From contig OY761158.1 of NCBI GenBank assembly GCA_963664405.1, positions 128,001 to 192,000 on the forward strand: DNA of 64,000 nucleotides. Direction: 5' to 3'. The notes under the pieces are model-generated. The model was given only the letters and a program-made list of their open reading frames with translations, had not been told where the DNA came from and ran no database searches. Position numbers and translations under genes: made by a program. The stretch's first letter is position 1. Every line of letters begins with the position of its first letter. This document shows, piece after piece, positions 47,154 to 56,314 of the stretch. Origin of the DNA: Thermoanaerobaculia bacterium (GTDB lineage: Bacteria > Acidobacteriota > Thermoanaerobaculia > Multivoradales > Multivoraceae).

Positions 47154-48179
47154 TCAAAGTTGGCTCTCCGGCTTGAGCTCTCTAGACATCAGTTCTTCCA
47201 CTGCGTCCCGCAGGGCCTTGCCCTGGTAGAGGATCTTCACCACTTGCTCGGTAATCGGCATCTCGACCCCACGGCGCTCTGCCAACGACAGGATAGAGCG
47301 TGAGTTACGTACTCCCTCGGCGACCATGGCGGTGTGACCCTCGATCTCCGCGAGACTCTGACCCCGAGCGAGAGCCTCACCAGTCTGCCGATTGCGCGAC
47401 AAGGAGCCGGTGCAGGTCAGGACCAAGTCGCCGAGACCGGCGAGACCCGAGAAGGTACGCGCTCGGCCCCCACAGGCCCTGCCGAGACGGGTCATCTCGT
47501 GCAGCCCTCTCGTCAGCAGGGCTGCGAGCGTATTGTGCCCGTAGCCTAGGCCGCTGACAACGCCGGCAGCAATAGCGATCACGTTTTTCACCGCGCCACC
47601 CAATTCGACGCCAACGACGTCAGAGCTCGAGTAGAGCCGCAGGTTGGCGCGCGATAGAAGTTCCTGAAGAGCGGATCGCACCTGAATGTCCTCGCAAGCG
47701 ATGACCGCCGCCGTCGGACTGCCAGCTGCGAGCTCGGCGGCGAAGGAGGGGCCCGAGATCACTGCGAAGGAGATCTTGCGCCGCGCTCGCACGGCTTCCT
47801 CGAAACTCACCTCACTCATACGCGCCAGACTCTCGCCCTCGACTCCCTTGGTCGCCGAAACGAGTGTGTGCTCGGTGCCGTCCGCGGACGCGGCGAGGAA
47901 GCGCTTGACGACGCCTCGAAAGCCATGAGAGGGCACGACGACCAAGACGGTCGAGCACGCAGTAGCCTCCTCGAGCGCGGCCGTCGGCCTTATTTTCCGA
48001 GGGAGCTCAACACCCGGGAGGTAGGCCCGGTTCTCGCCCTCGGCGCACAGCCGATCGATGAGCTCGACCGAACGCCCCCACAACACCACCTGCCGGTCAC
48101 AGCGACTGACGTGGAGCGCCAGAGCCGTGCCCCAGGAGCCCGCGCCAAGCACTGCTACCGGCCCTCTCTCTGCGGTCAA
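47154..48179 (-). CDS. gpsA: NAD(P)H-dependent glycerol-3-phosphate dehydrogenase
   Basis: GAGSWGTALA, SGPSFA, GAVKNVIAIAAG, GLGDLVLTC..SRN; TTG start overlaps the plsY stop. Confidence 0.95.
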   Translation of the reverse strand: MTAERGPVAVLGAGSWGTALALHVSRCDRQVVLWGRSVELIDRLCAEGENRAYLPGVELPRKIRPTAALEEATACSTVLVVVPSHGFRGVVKRFLAASADGTEHTLVSATKGVEGESLARMSEVSFEEAVRARRKISFAVISGPSFAAELAAGSPTAAVIACEDIQVRSALQELLSRANLRLYSSSDVVGVELGGAVKNVIAIAAGVVSGLGYGHNTLAALLTRGLHEMTRLGRACGGRARTFSGLAGLGDLVLTCTGSLSRNRQTGEALARGQSLAEIEGHTAMVAEGVRNSRSILSLAERRGVEMPITEQVVKILYQGKALRDAVEELMSRELKPESQL

Positions 48180-48811
48180 GTGCTCCCCTTCGAGCCGCCA
48201 AGACGATTCTCGGTGCCGGCCAAGAGGCGCCTCAAGTTGGCATGATGCCGCACTACGATGAGAGCGGCGATTAGCCCGGAGCTGGCCAGCATGTGCCTGT
48301 CGTAGGTACTCAAGCCCTGCCCTCGAGCGACTGCCGCGACCGCGACCGGGAAGGTGACCGCGCCAAGAATGGAGCCCAGCGAAACAAAACGGCTGAGCGC
48401 CACCGTAATCACGAAGACCAAGCCTGCGGCGGCGATAGCTGAGGGCGAGAGTGCAGCGAGAGCACCGACAGCAGTGGCCACCCCTTTGCCCCCTCGAAAG
48501 CCTAGAAACAGAGAGAAGACGTGACCAGAGACCGCGGCGAGGGCAGCCCAGCCTACCCACGAATCGGACGGCGCGGCCCAGCGGGCGAACACAACCCCAC
48601 CTGCCCCCTTGGCGACGTCGAGAAGGAGCGCGAGTACCGCGGCGCCCTTTCCTGCCGCCCGCAGCACATTGGTGGCGCCGGGGTTACCACTTCCTATAGT
48701 GCGAACGTCCACACCCCGAGACCGAAGAACGATCCAGTAACTAAAAGGTAGGGAGCCAAGGAGATAGGACGCCAGGAGAACGAGCGCGCCTTGTGTAGCC
48801 TCAGCCATCAC
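48176..48811 (-). CDS. plsY: Acyl-phosphate:glycerol-3-phosphate acyltransferase
   Basis: YLLGS, GSGNPGATN, D..KG, GH, FRGGKGVAT, RH..N. Confidence 0.95.
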   Translation of the reverse strand: MMAEATQGALVLLASYLLGSLPFSYWIVLRSRGVDVRTIGSGNPGATNVLRAAGKGAAVLALLLDVAKGAGGVVFARWAAPSDSWVGWAALAAVSGHVFSLFLGFRGGKGVATAVGALAALSPSAIAAAGLVFVITVALSRFVSLGSILGAVTFPVAVAAVARGQGLSTYDRHMLASSGLIAALIVVRHHANLRRLLAGTENRLGGSKGST

Positions 48812-48875
48812 GCGGAGTACTCCTGGAAGACGGAGTATGAAGGGCTATCGATCCCTAGGCAGCCGACCAAGAGTC

Positions 48876-50129
48876 TCAACTCACATCTCCCAGGCCCAGC
48901 AGCAGCCTTCGTAGCAGATCTAGAGCCCACTGTCCGCTCTGCACCCGTACTCTTTCGCGATCGCCGGGAAAGACGCCGACGCGGTGCCGGCTTTCGTCCT
49001 CGGGACCACAAACCGCGATGTGAACCGTACCCGTCGGTTTGAGCTCCGTCCCGCCTCCGGGCCCCGCTATGCCGGTAATACCAATGCCGTAGGTCGAGCT
49101 GAAGCGGTGACACGCGCCGCGCGCCATCGCTAGGGCGACTTCCTCCGATACCGCTCCCGCAGAATCGAGGAGACTACTCGGCACTCCGAGCAGGCTCTCT
49201 TTTACGCTGTTCGCGTAGGTCACGGCTCCGCCGAGAAAGTAGGCACTACTTCCGGGTACTCGCGTCAGCCTCTCGGCCACCAGACCGCCGGTACAAGACT
49301 CGGCGGTCGCGACCGTGGCACCACGCTCGGCAAGGAGGGCTCCGATGACCGACTCGAGCGTCCCGTCTTCCTCGGCGCTGAAGACCGCGTCCCCCACCAG
49401 CGCTCGCAGCCGTCTCTGCATCGTGCCGAGACGATCCTCGCGCTCCGCCACCGAGCCACGAGCACTCGCAAAGATGTGGATCTCAGCGGGCTTGGCGAGG
49501 ACGGTGATCCACTCCCGCCCGAACTCTTCGTAGGCCGCTCCGATCTGTTGCTCGACTCGCGATTCCGGAAGACACGCTACCTTGAGAACTCGTCTTTCTA
49601 TCCCCCCACCGTCCCATCTTGTCTCCAGCCACGGCACGAGGTTGCCCTCGACCATCCCCTTCATCTCTCTCGGGACTCCCGGCATCAGAAAGAAGGTACA
49701 GCTTCCGTGCTGGAGAATCTGTCCCGGCGCTGTCCCGCGTGGGTTAGAAATGAGTGTGGCGCCCGAAAGAACCTCGGCCTGCTTCCGATTGACTGCCGGC
49801 ATCTCGATACCGTGCTGTCGGAATCGCTCTTCGAGCGAATTCAGAACAGCCGGATCGAGAGCGAGAGTGCGCCCCAGCGCCTTGGCAACGGCTTCTCGGG
49901 TCACGTCGTCCGCGGTCGGACCCAGACCGCCGGTGATCAGCACCAAATCGACCTCGGTAGTGAGGTGCTCGAGCTCGAGCGCTATTGCATCGACATCATC
50001 GCCGACGACAGATTTTCTGCGCAGCACGACGCCATAGCGCTCGAGGATCCCGGTCAGAAACAGGGAGTTCGTATCCAGCCGTTCGACGCCTAGAAGCTCG
50101 GACCCGATCGCGACGACGGCCGCCTGCAT
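48876..50129 (-). CDS. cinA: CinA-like protein (MoCF-like + PncC NMN deamidase)
   Basis: GSELL, DTNS, GGLGPT.DD.T, PGVPREM, AESCTGG, GITGIAGPGG. Confidence 0.94.
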   Translation of the reverse strand: MQAAVVAIGSELLGVERLDTNSLFLTGILERYGVVLRRKSVVGDDVDAIALELEHLTTEVDLVLITGGLGPTADDVTREAVAKALGRTLALDPAVLNSLEERFRQHGIEMPAVNRKQAEVLSGATLISNPRGTAPGQILQHGSCTFFLMPGVPREMKGMVEGNLVPWLETRWDGGGIERRVLKVACLPESRVEQQIGAAYEEFGREWITVLAKPAEIHIFASARGSVAEREDRLGTMQRRLRALVGDAVFSAEEDGTLESVIGALLAERGATVATAESCTGGLVAERLTRVPGSSAYFLGGAVTYANSVKESLLGVPSSLLDSAGAVSEEVALAMARGACHRFSSTYGIGITGIAGPGGGTELKPTGTVHIAVCGPEDESRHRVGVFPGDRERVRVQSGQWALDLLRRLLLGLGDVS

Positions 50130-50158
50130 GCCGGGATCTTATAGTGACAAGGGGCGCT

Positions 50159-51496
50159 CTACGATGGGGAAATGCGATTCCCTCGATCCAGCTCGTCGCC
50201 ACCGCGCACCACCTGCTGAATCAGGCGCGGAGAGCTGGCACTCTCAGCGACCAGAAAGCAGGAACGAAACACCTCCATCAAGCCCTCTTTGCCTTCCGGC
50301 ACGTAAAGCCTCGCCAACTCCTGGCCGGCCTCCACTTCTTCGCCGAGGCGGGCACGGTAGTTAAGACTCACGGTTGGGTCGACTCTATCCTCGCCGTTTC
50401 TCCGGCCGCCACCCGCTCGCAAAAGGAGCATGCCGAGCGCCCGAGTCTTCACTTGGGCGAGGATCCCGGTGTGCGGCGCCTCCGCAACCAACTCTACAGG
50501 CGCGAGCTGGAAGTCCGGACGGGCAAGCCAGGCACGATTCGCGCCCTGTGCCGCCGCCCAGCCCCTAAAGCACTCGAGGGCCCGACCGCTGGAAAGAGCC
50601 ACTCGCCCGGCGTCGGCGAGACTTCGGCCGGAGAGGTGAGAAAGCTCAGCCGCGAGGCTGAGAACTACTTCGACCAGGCGGTCGTCGCCGCGCCCCTCCA
50701 GACAATCGAAGACCTCCTTGATCTCGGCGGAATGGCCCGCCCAAGAGCCCAGCGGCTGACTCATGTCGGTGACGATAGCCGTCGCCTTTCTCCCCAGACC
50801 CTCACAGGTCCTGACCAGGAGATGCGCCAGCTGAAGCGAATCCTCACTCGACGGCAGGAACGCCCCATTGCCGGTCTTGACGTCGAGAACTAGGGCCTCG
50901 GGCCCAAGAGCGAGCTTTTTCGAAAGAATGCTGCTGGCGATCAAGGGCAGACACTCCGCCGTCGCGGTGTGGTTTCGCAGCGAATAGAGGCGCCTATCTG
51001 CGGGTGCGATCGCGGCCGAAGCAACGCCGATCGCGATATTCGTCTTGTCGAGGAGCGCCAAGCATCGCTTTCGATCGATCTCGAGCCGCAGACCAGGAAT
51101 ACTTTCCAGTTTGTCGGCGGTCCCACCCGTGTGCCCAAGCCCCCGCCCCGTCAGCTTGGCGAAACGAAAATCGCAGGCGGCAAGAACTGCGGCCAGGATG
51201 ATCGAGACCTTGTCACCGACGCCGCCCGTGCTGTGCTTGTCGAGCACGCCCGGAATCGTCGACGCCAGGTTCCACTGCTCTCCGGACTCCGCCATCGATT
51301 GGGTAAGAACCCGAGTCTCGGCGTCTTCGAGGCCGCGAATGGAGACCGCCATGAGGAAGGCCGCAAGCTGAGCATCCGTCCAAGTCCCGTCGGCGGCCCC
51401 TCGGACCACGGCCTCGATCGCGGTACGGTCCAGCGTCTCTCCACGGCGTTTTCGCTGGAGAATCCGGTAAGGAGACGGGCTCCCCTCATCGCGCAT
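50159..51496 (-). CDS. pdp: Thymidine/pyrimidine-nucleoside phosphorylase
   Basis: DKHSTGGVGDK, GRGLGHTGGT.DKLE, SSILSKK, DVKTGNGAF; start at ATG 51496. Confidence 0.92.
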   Translation of the reverse strand: MRDEGSPSPYRILQRKRRGETLDRTAIEAVVRGAADGTWTDAQLAAFLMAVSIRGLEDAETRVLTQSMAESGEQWNLASTIPGVLDKHSTGGVGDKVSIILAAVLAACDFRFAKLTGRGLGHTGGTADKLESIPGLRLEIDRKRCLALLDKTNIAIGVASAAIAPADRRLYSLRNHTATAECLPLIASSILSKKLALGPEALVLDVKTGNGAFLPSSEDSLQLAHLLVRTCEGLGRKATAIVTDMSQPLGSWAGHSAEIKEVFDCLEGRGDDRLVEVVLSLAAELSHLSGRSLADAGRVALSSGRALECFRGWAAAQGANRAWLARPDFQLAPVELVAEAPHTGILAQVKTRALGMLLLRAGGGRRNGEDRVDPTVSLNYRARLGEEVEAGQELARLYVPEGKEGLMEVFRSCFLVAESASSPRLIQQVVRGGDELDRGNRISPS

Positions 51497-51533
51497 CAAG
51501 ACCGTAGAGGGAATCGGTTTCCCGCTTCCTCTC

Positions 51534-52259
51534 CTACGTCGGTCGTTCTCGAAGTCGCTGTTGGGCACGCGCCGTGTACGGAGAACGAGGATGGTCGTCG
51601 ACCAAGCGCTGGAACTTGTCTTGCGCGTCTTGATCGCGGCCGAGTTTCTCCAAGGTCTGGCCAAGCTCGAATAGCACTACATCCTCGGGTAAAGAGCGGT
51701 CAACGGCGTCCAACTGCGACTCCAGGCGGGCAGCCACTTCTTCCAGCCGTCCCTCCTCGCGGTCGAGACTGAACAGGCTCAGCTCTACGGTCGCAGCTAG
51801 TGCGTGCCCTGCATTCTCGTCGAGAAACTGGCCCCACAGGGAGCGGGCCGTCGCAGCGTCGCCCTCTTCGGCCGCGATCTCGCCAAGGTAGACGGTGGCG
51901 ACCTGAGCGGCGGCAGAGGATCTGTAGTCGTCAAGCAACGCCTCGAATCCTTCTTTCGCTGCCTCCAGACGCAGAGCCTCGGACGCGAAGGAAGGCGTCT
52001 TGTCGTTGTCGGGATCGGCGCCCACCTCCAGGATCTCGGCGTTATACACCCTCAGGGCTCGGCTCAGCTCGTCCTGGGAACGACCCGCTTGCGCCCTCTT
52101 CCACAGTGCTGCAAACAGGATCAGAAGAGCGATTCCGAGAACAACGCCTCCACCGATGGCGATGGCCCTGACGTTGTCACGGATGCGAAGAATGATGCGT
52201 CCGAGTGCCTCGCGCACTTCGTCGCGCTTCATTTCTTTTCGTGAAAGATGAGATCTCAT
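51534..52259 (-). CDS. YfgM-like membrane-anchored TPR protein
   Basis: LSRKEMKRDE N-terminus, single TM, TPR helices ending HPRSPY; AGGAG RBS. Confidence 0.75.
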   Translation of the reverse strand: MRSHLSRKEMKRDEVREALGRIILRIRDNVRAIAIGGGVVLGIALLILFAALWKRAQAGRSQDELSRALRVYNAEILEVGADPDNDKTPSFASEALRLEAAKEGFEALLDDYRSSAAAQVATVYLGEIAAEEGDAATARSLWGQFLDENAGHALAATVELSLFSLDREEGRLEEVAARLESQLDAVDRSLPEDVVLFELGQTLEKLGRDQDAQDKFQRLVDDHPRSPYTARAQQRLRERPT

Positions 52260-52274
52260 CAAAGCTCCTGCTAA

Positions 52275-52351
52275 TGGTGCGGCTGGGAGGACTCGAACCC
52301 CCGACCTAGGGCTTAGGAAGCCCCCGCTCTATCCTGCTGAGCTACAGCCGC
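52275..52351 (-). tRNA. tRNA-Arg (anticodon CCT)
   Basis: GCGGCTGTAGCTCAGCAGGATAGAGCGGGGGCTTCCTAAGCCCTAGGTCGGGGGTTCGAGTCCTCCCAGCCGCACCA: cloverleaf, TTCGA T-loop, encoded CCA. Confidence 0.96.
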
Positions 52352-52415
52352 TCGCCCCGTCTGCGAAGTATACGCGTTCAGGGCCTCTCGACGCATCGGC
52401 GTAGACTTTAGTTGG

Positions 52416-52931
52416 TCAGTACACGATCAGAGAGTTGATCGTATAGCCGAGGAGCTTCTCGCGACCGCCGAGGGCGGAGAGCTCAATGACGAAACCGAAG
52501 CCCGCCACTTCGCCACCGGCGCTCTCCACCAGCTCGGCGGTCGCCTTGGCGGTACCGCCGGTGGCGATCAGATCATCGATGATCAGCACGCGCTCGCCAG
52601 CGTCGATGGCGTCGGCGTGGATCTCGAGGCTGTCACTCCCGTACTCGAGCGAGTAGCTGCGATCGAGCGTCCTCGCCGGAAGCTTACCGGGCTTGCGGAC
52701 GGGTACGAAGCCGGCGTTGAGACCCGAGGCGATGATCGGCGCGAAGATAAAGCCACGCGACTCCATTCCCACCACCTTATCGACCTGCTGGCCGACGAAA
52801 ATCCAGCTCAAACGGTCGACCGTCATGCGTAGACCGACAGGGTCCTTCATCAGGGTCGTAATGTCGTAGAAATTGATTCCCGGACTAGGAAAGTCTGGAA
52901 CTTCGCGGATGTAACTCTTCAAGTCATCCAT
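52416..52931 (-). CDS. apt: Adenine phosphoribosyltransferase
   Basis: PDFP.PGI.F.DIT, ESRGF, RKPGKLP, LEYG, IDDLIATGGT. Confidence 0.97.
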   Translation of the reverse strand: MDDLKSYIREVPDFPSPGINFYDITTLMKDPVGLRMTVDRLSWIFVGQQVDKVVGMESRGFIFAPIIASGLNAGFVPVRKPGKLPARTLDRSYSLEYGSDSLEIHADAIDAGERVLIIDDLIATGGTAKATAELVESAGGEVAGFGFVIELSALGGREKLLGYTINSLIVY

Positions 52932-53007
52932 GTCCTACACCTCTCGGCCATCAAGACTGATCACAATCGAATGCTGATGTTGCGCTGCGCAATACCAAGT
53001 ACCGGCC

Positions 53008-53652
53008 TTAAGACTCCCAGCTATGTCTACCGATCAGAGGGACGAAGCCGACTTCTTCACACTCTTCTCGACGCACTCGCTTCAGCCCCTTGCGGTAGAC
53101 CGCAAGCCTCTGGCCGCTGCGCTCACCTTCGGGAAGAACGAGAATTCCCTTTTCCGCCAGCTGCTCGACCAAAGGAGGGGGGGCCTTCGGAGCGCCAGCG
53201 CCAACCAGGATCCGGTCGAAGGGGGCTCGCTCTCCCCAGCCAACCGTGCCGTCGAAGACCTGGACCTTTACATTGTCGTAGCCCATGCCGCTCAAGCGAC
53301 GGATTGCGGCCGTGCCAAGATCGTGAATGCGCTCGAGACTGAAGACCCAGCGCGTGAGACTGGCCAAGACCGCGGTCTGATAGCCGCTGCCGGTACCGAT
53401 CTCGAGGACCCGGTGGTGCGGCTCGAGCTCCAAGAGCTCACTCATCCGTGCGACCACCCACGGCTGCGAGATGGTCTGAGCTTCGCCGATCGGAAGGGTG
53501 TAATTTCCGTACGCCTTGGCAAGGAACTGCTCCTTTACGAAGAGGTGGCGCGGCACAAGGCCCATCGCGTCCAAGACTCGCTGATCTCGGATGCCGCGAG
53601 CCGCCAGGTCGCGCACCATGCGCTGTCGCGGGTAGCCGTATGCGTCGGTCAT
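53008..53652 (-). CDS. pcm: Protein-L-isoaspartate O-methyltransferase
   Basis: VPRHLF, QTISQP, LEIGTGSGYQ, APFDRI, FVPLIG. Confidence 0.95.
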   Translation of the reverse strand: MTDAYGYPRQRMVRDLAARGIRDQRVLDAMGLVPRHLFVKEQFLAKAYGNYTLPIGEAQTISQPWVVARMSELLELEPHHRVLEIGTGSGYQTAVLASLTRWVFSLERIHDLGTAAIRRLSGMGYDNVKVQVFDGTVGWGERAPFDRILVGAGAPKAPPPLVEQLAEKGILVLPEGERSGQRLAVYRKGLKRVRREECEEVGFVPLIGRHSWES

Positions 53653-53656
53653 CGGG

Positions 53657-54529
53657 TCAAGGTCGGTAGCGCGTGAGCAAGGGGCCAAGCGCGTCGAGCC
53701 GGGCCTCCGCTACCTGATTCAGATCCGTTACAAGCGCCGTCTCCAGGGCAGCGTTGCATCCGCAGATCCCCGCGTCGTGACCGGAGTCGAGCCGTTCGAC
53801 CATGACACGGAGGGCCGTCTGGGCGGTCTTCGTATTCCGCGCCAAAATCTCGAAAACGCTGTCCGCGCTCACCGCCTCCTCGTCATCCTTCCAGCAGTCC
53901 CAGTCTGTGACCATGGCGAGACAGAGGAAGCACAGCTCAGCTTCTCTCGCAAGCTTCGCCTCCGGAAGGTTGGTCATCCCGATGACGTCCATGCCCCACT
54001 GGCGGTAAACCATCGACTCTGCGCGAGTAGAGAACTGAGGGCCCTCGATACAGATATAGGTACCACCGAAATGAGTCGGCGTCTCGAGCCGACTCAGGGC
54101 GTCGGCAGCACAAGCAGTGAGAACGGGGCAGGTCGGGTCTGCCATCGACACATGGACCACCACCCCCTCTCCAAAAAAGGTCGCTGGGCGCTGCCGCGTT
54201 CGGTCGAAGAACTGGTCAGGAATCACCACGTCGGCCGGGCTGTACTCCTCCTTCATCGAGCCCACCGCACTGACAGAGATCAACCGCGTAACGCCCAACT
54301 CCTTGAAACCGAAGATATTCGCGCGAAAGTTGAGCTCGGAAGGTAGCAGCCGATGCCCGCGACCGTGACGAGGAAGGAAGACGATCTCGGTCCCCCCCAG
54401 CTTGCCGATGACGTAGGCATCGGAAGGGCTGCCAAAGGGCGTCTCCACTGAACACTCGTCCAGGACCTCCAGGTCCTCCATCGCGTAGAGGCCCGTGCCA
54501 CCGATGACGCCGATCCGAGCTGCACTCAT
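53657..54529 (-). CDS. mtnP: S-methyl-5'-thioadenosine phosphorylase
   Basis: IGGTG, TPFG.PSD, PRHG, SAVGS, EGPQFSTRAES, GMT..PEAKLARE, TDWD. Confidence 0.94.
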   Translation of the reverse strand: MSAARIGVIGGTGLYAMEDLEVLDECSVETPFGSPSDAYVIGKLGGTEIVFLPRHGRGHRLLPSELNFRANIFGFKELGVTRLISVSAVGSMKEEYSPADVVIPDQFFDRTRQRPATFFGEGVVVHVSMADPTCPVLTACAADALSRLETPTHFGGTYICIEGPQFSTRAESMVYRQWGMDVIGMTNLPEAKLAREAELCFLCLAMVTDWDCWKDDEEAVSADSVFEILARNTKTAQTALRVMVERLDSGHDAGICGCNAALETALVTDLNQVAEARLDALGPLLTRYRP

Positions 54530-55509
54530 CCGAGACCTCCTCCGCTCCGAGCGGCCTCGGCGACCTCGAGGGCACAAGCCAAGGCTCTGCGCCCACTAAC
54601 GCCGTCGACGATCGGAGTCCGCCGGCCCCGGCAGGCGCCGACAAAGGCTTCGAGCTCGCGGACCAGGGGCTCCGCTTGCGGGATCTCGACCTCGACGCTT
54701 GTGATGCGTTTCATCGGCGGCTCCTCCGCCACCGAGGCCACCGGCGGATCGAGGCGATAGCCGCGCAGCGTTTGGGCCTGATAGTCCAGTGAGTAGTAGT
54801 GCGACTCCGAGAACACTCGCAACTGCCTAACCCGCTCGGCGGACACCCTGGAAGCCGTAAAATTGGCCACACAACCCGACTCGAGCTCGACTCTTGCATT
54901 CGCCATATCGATTCGCTGCGACAATACCTTGATACCTGCGGCTCGAACCTCTCGCACCGGCGATCCATCCAGCGCCTGCAGGATCTGGAGGTCATGGATC
55001 ATGAGGTCTAGAACAACGTCGATGTCCAGACTACGACGAGTAAATACCGACAGGCGCTGAACTTCGATAAAGCGGCAGCGCGGCTCAGTCAGCAGCAGCG
55101 ACTGGACGGCCGGATTGTAGAACTCAACATGACCCACCGCGAGTACGCGATCTCCAGCCGCCTGTAGCAACTGATCCGCCTGCTCCAGATCCGGGGCCAG
55201 CGGCTTCTCCACCATGACGTGGAGCCCTCGCTCGAGGAGGGCGCATCCGACCTCCGCATGGGAGACGGTGGGAACAGCGACCACCATCGCCTCGACCTCG
55301 CCGGCTAGAGCAGAGAGCGACGGAAAGAGCCGCGCGCCAAATTGCGATGCCACCGCTTCTGCGACCTGGCGATCGGTGTCGTAGACGCCGACCAGTTCGG
55401 CGCCTACCAGCCCATCCAGAATCCGTACGTGGTGGCGACCCAGGGCGCCGGTGCCAGCAACGCCGATACGCAGGGGCTCGCTTGTGCTCTCCTCCGGACT
55501 AGGCAGCAC
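54526..55509 (-). CDS. Gfo/Idh/MocA oxidoreductase, probable GnnA (UDP-GlcNAc 3-dehydrogenase)
   Basis: GTGALG, EKP, VGHVE.YNPA, DVVLDLMIHD, TASRVS; overlaps the lpxA stop. Confidence 0.8.
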   Translation of the reverse strand: MLPSPEESTSEPLRIGVAGTGALGRHHVRILDGLVGAELVGVYDTDRQVAEAVASQFGARLFPSLSALAGEVEAMVVAVPTVSHAEVGCALLERGLHVMVEKPLAPDLEQADQLLQAAGDRVLAVGHVEFYNPAVQSLLLTEPRCRFIEVQRLSVFTRRSLDIDVVLDLMIHDLQILQALDGSPVREVRAAGIKVLSQRIDMANARVELESGCVANFTASRVSAERVRQLRVFSESHYYSLDYQAQTLRGYRLDPPVASVAEEPPMKRITSVEVEIPQAEPLVRELEAFVGACRGRRTPIVDGVSGRRALACALEVAEAARSGGGLG

Positions 55510-56314
55510 CGGCTCCTCTAGAGCCTCTTCTAACTGCCTTGATCACGCCCTTCTCACTCGAAGCGACGAATTCGATCAGATGCTCGATGTCGGCGCTCGG
55601 CTCAGGTAGCGCACGAAGCTCGGCGAGGGCCTGGGTCGTGTTCTTCGCCGAGCGCAAAAGAATACGAAAGGCTCGACCCAGCTCGCCGACCTGCTCCCGT
55701 GAGTACCCCTTCCTCTCGAGGCCGACGCGATTGATCCCGAGGCATCGAGGTTTGTGCCCGACAGTCCTGGCAAAGGGGAGCGCGTCGAGTGTAATAACCG
55801 AGTACCCGCCGATATAGGCATGGCGGCCAACCCTACAAAACTGTTGGACCGCGCTGTAGGCGCCGATGGTCGCATCGTCGCCGACTTCGACATGCCCCGC
55901 GAGGGTACCTCCGTTGACGAAGATCGTCCGGTTCCCCACCTGCGAATCGTGCCCTACGTGACAGTAGGCCATGAACAGGTTGTCGTCACCGACGCGGGTC
56001 GTACCGCCACCGAAGCCGGTCCCGCGATTGAGAGTACAGAACTCGCGAATCGTGTTGCGGTCCCCGACCTCTAGCCAGCTCTCCTCTCCTGCGTACTTCA
56101 GATCCTGGGCCTCGAAGCCAACGCAGGCCAGCGGAAAGATACGGTTCTCCTTGCCGATCCGAGTGGGGCCCTCGATCTGCGCCCCGGCGCCGATCTCGCA
56201 GTCGGCACCGATCTCCACGCCGGCGCCAATCAGCGCGTTAGGACCCACTCGCACGCCAGTGTCGAGCTGCGCCTTCGGATCGACCCGAGCGCTAAGGTGA
56301 ATCAAATCGGCCAC
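55499..56314 (-). CDS. lpxA: Acyl-ACP--UDP-N-acetylglucosamine acyltransferase
   Basis: Hexapeptide repeats, QDLKY, IRE..T.NRGT, HVGHD, LAGH, GIN.VGL.R. Confidence 0.96.
   Translation of the reverse strand: MADLIHLSARVDPKAQLDTGVRVGPNALIGAGVEIGADCEIGAGAQIEGPTRIGKENRIFPLACVGFEAQDLKYAGEESWLEVGDRNTIREFCTLNRGTGFGGGTTRVGDDNLFMAYCHVGHDSQVGNRTIFVNGGTLAGHVEVGDDATIGAYSAVQQFCRVGRHAYIGGYSVITLDALPFARTVGHKPRCLGINRVGLERKGYSREQVGELGRAFRILLRSAKNTTQALAELRALPEPSADIEHLIEFVASSEKGVIKAVRRGSRGAGAA

Noticed and set aside
52275-52351. Genomic island integrated at tRNA-Arg
   Set aside because: Both flanks are housekeeping-type genes; no integrase or duplicated tRNA 3' end was seen.
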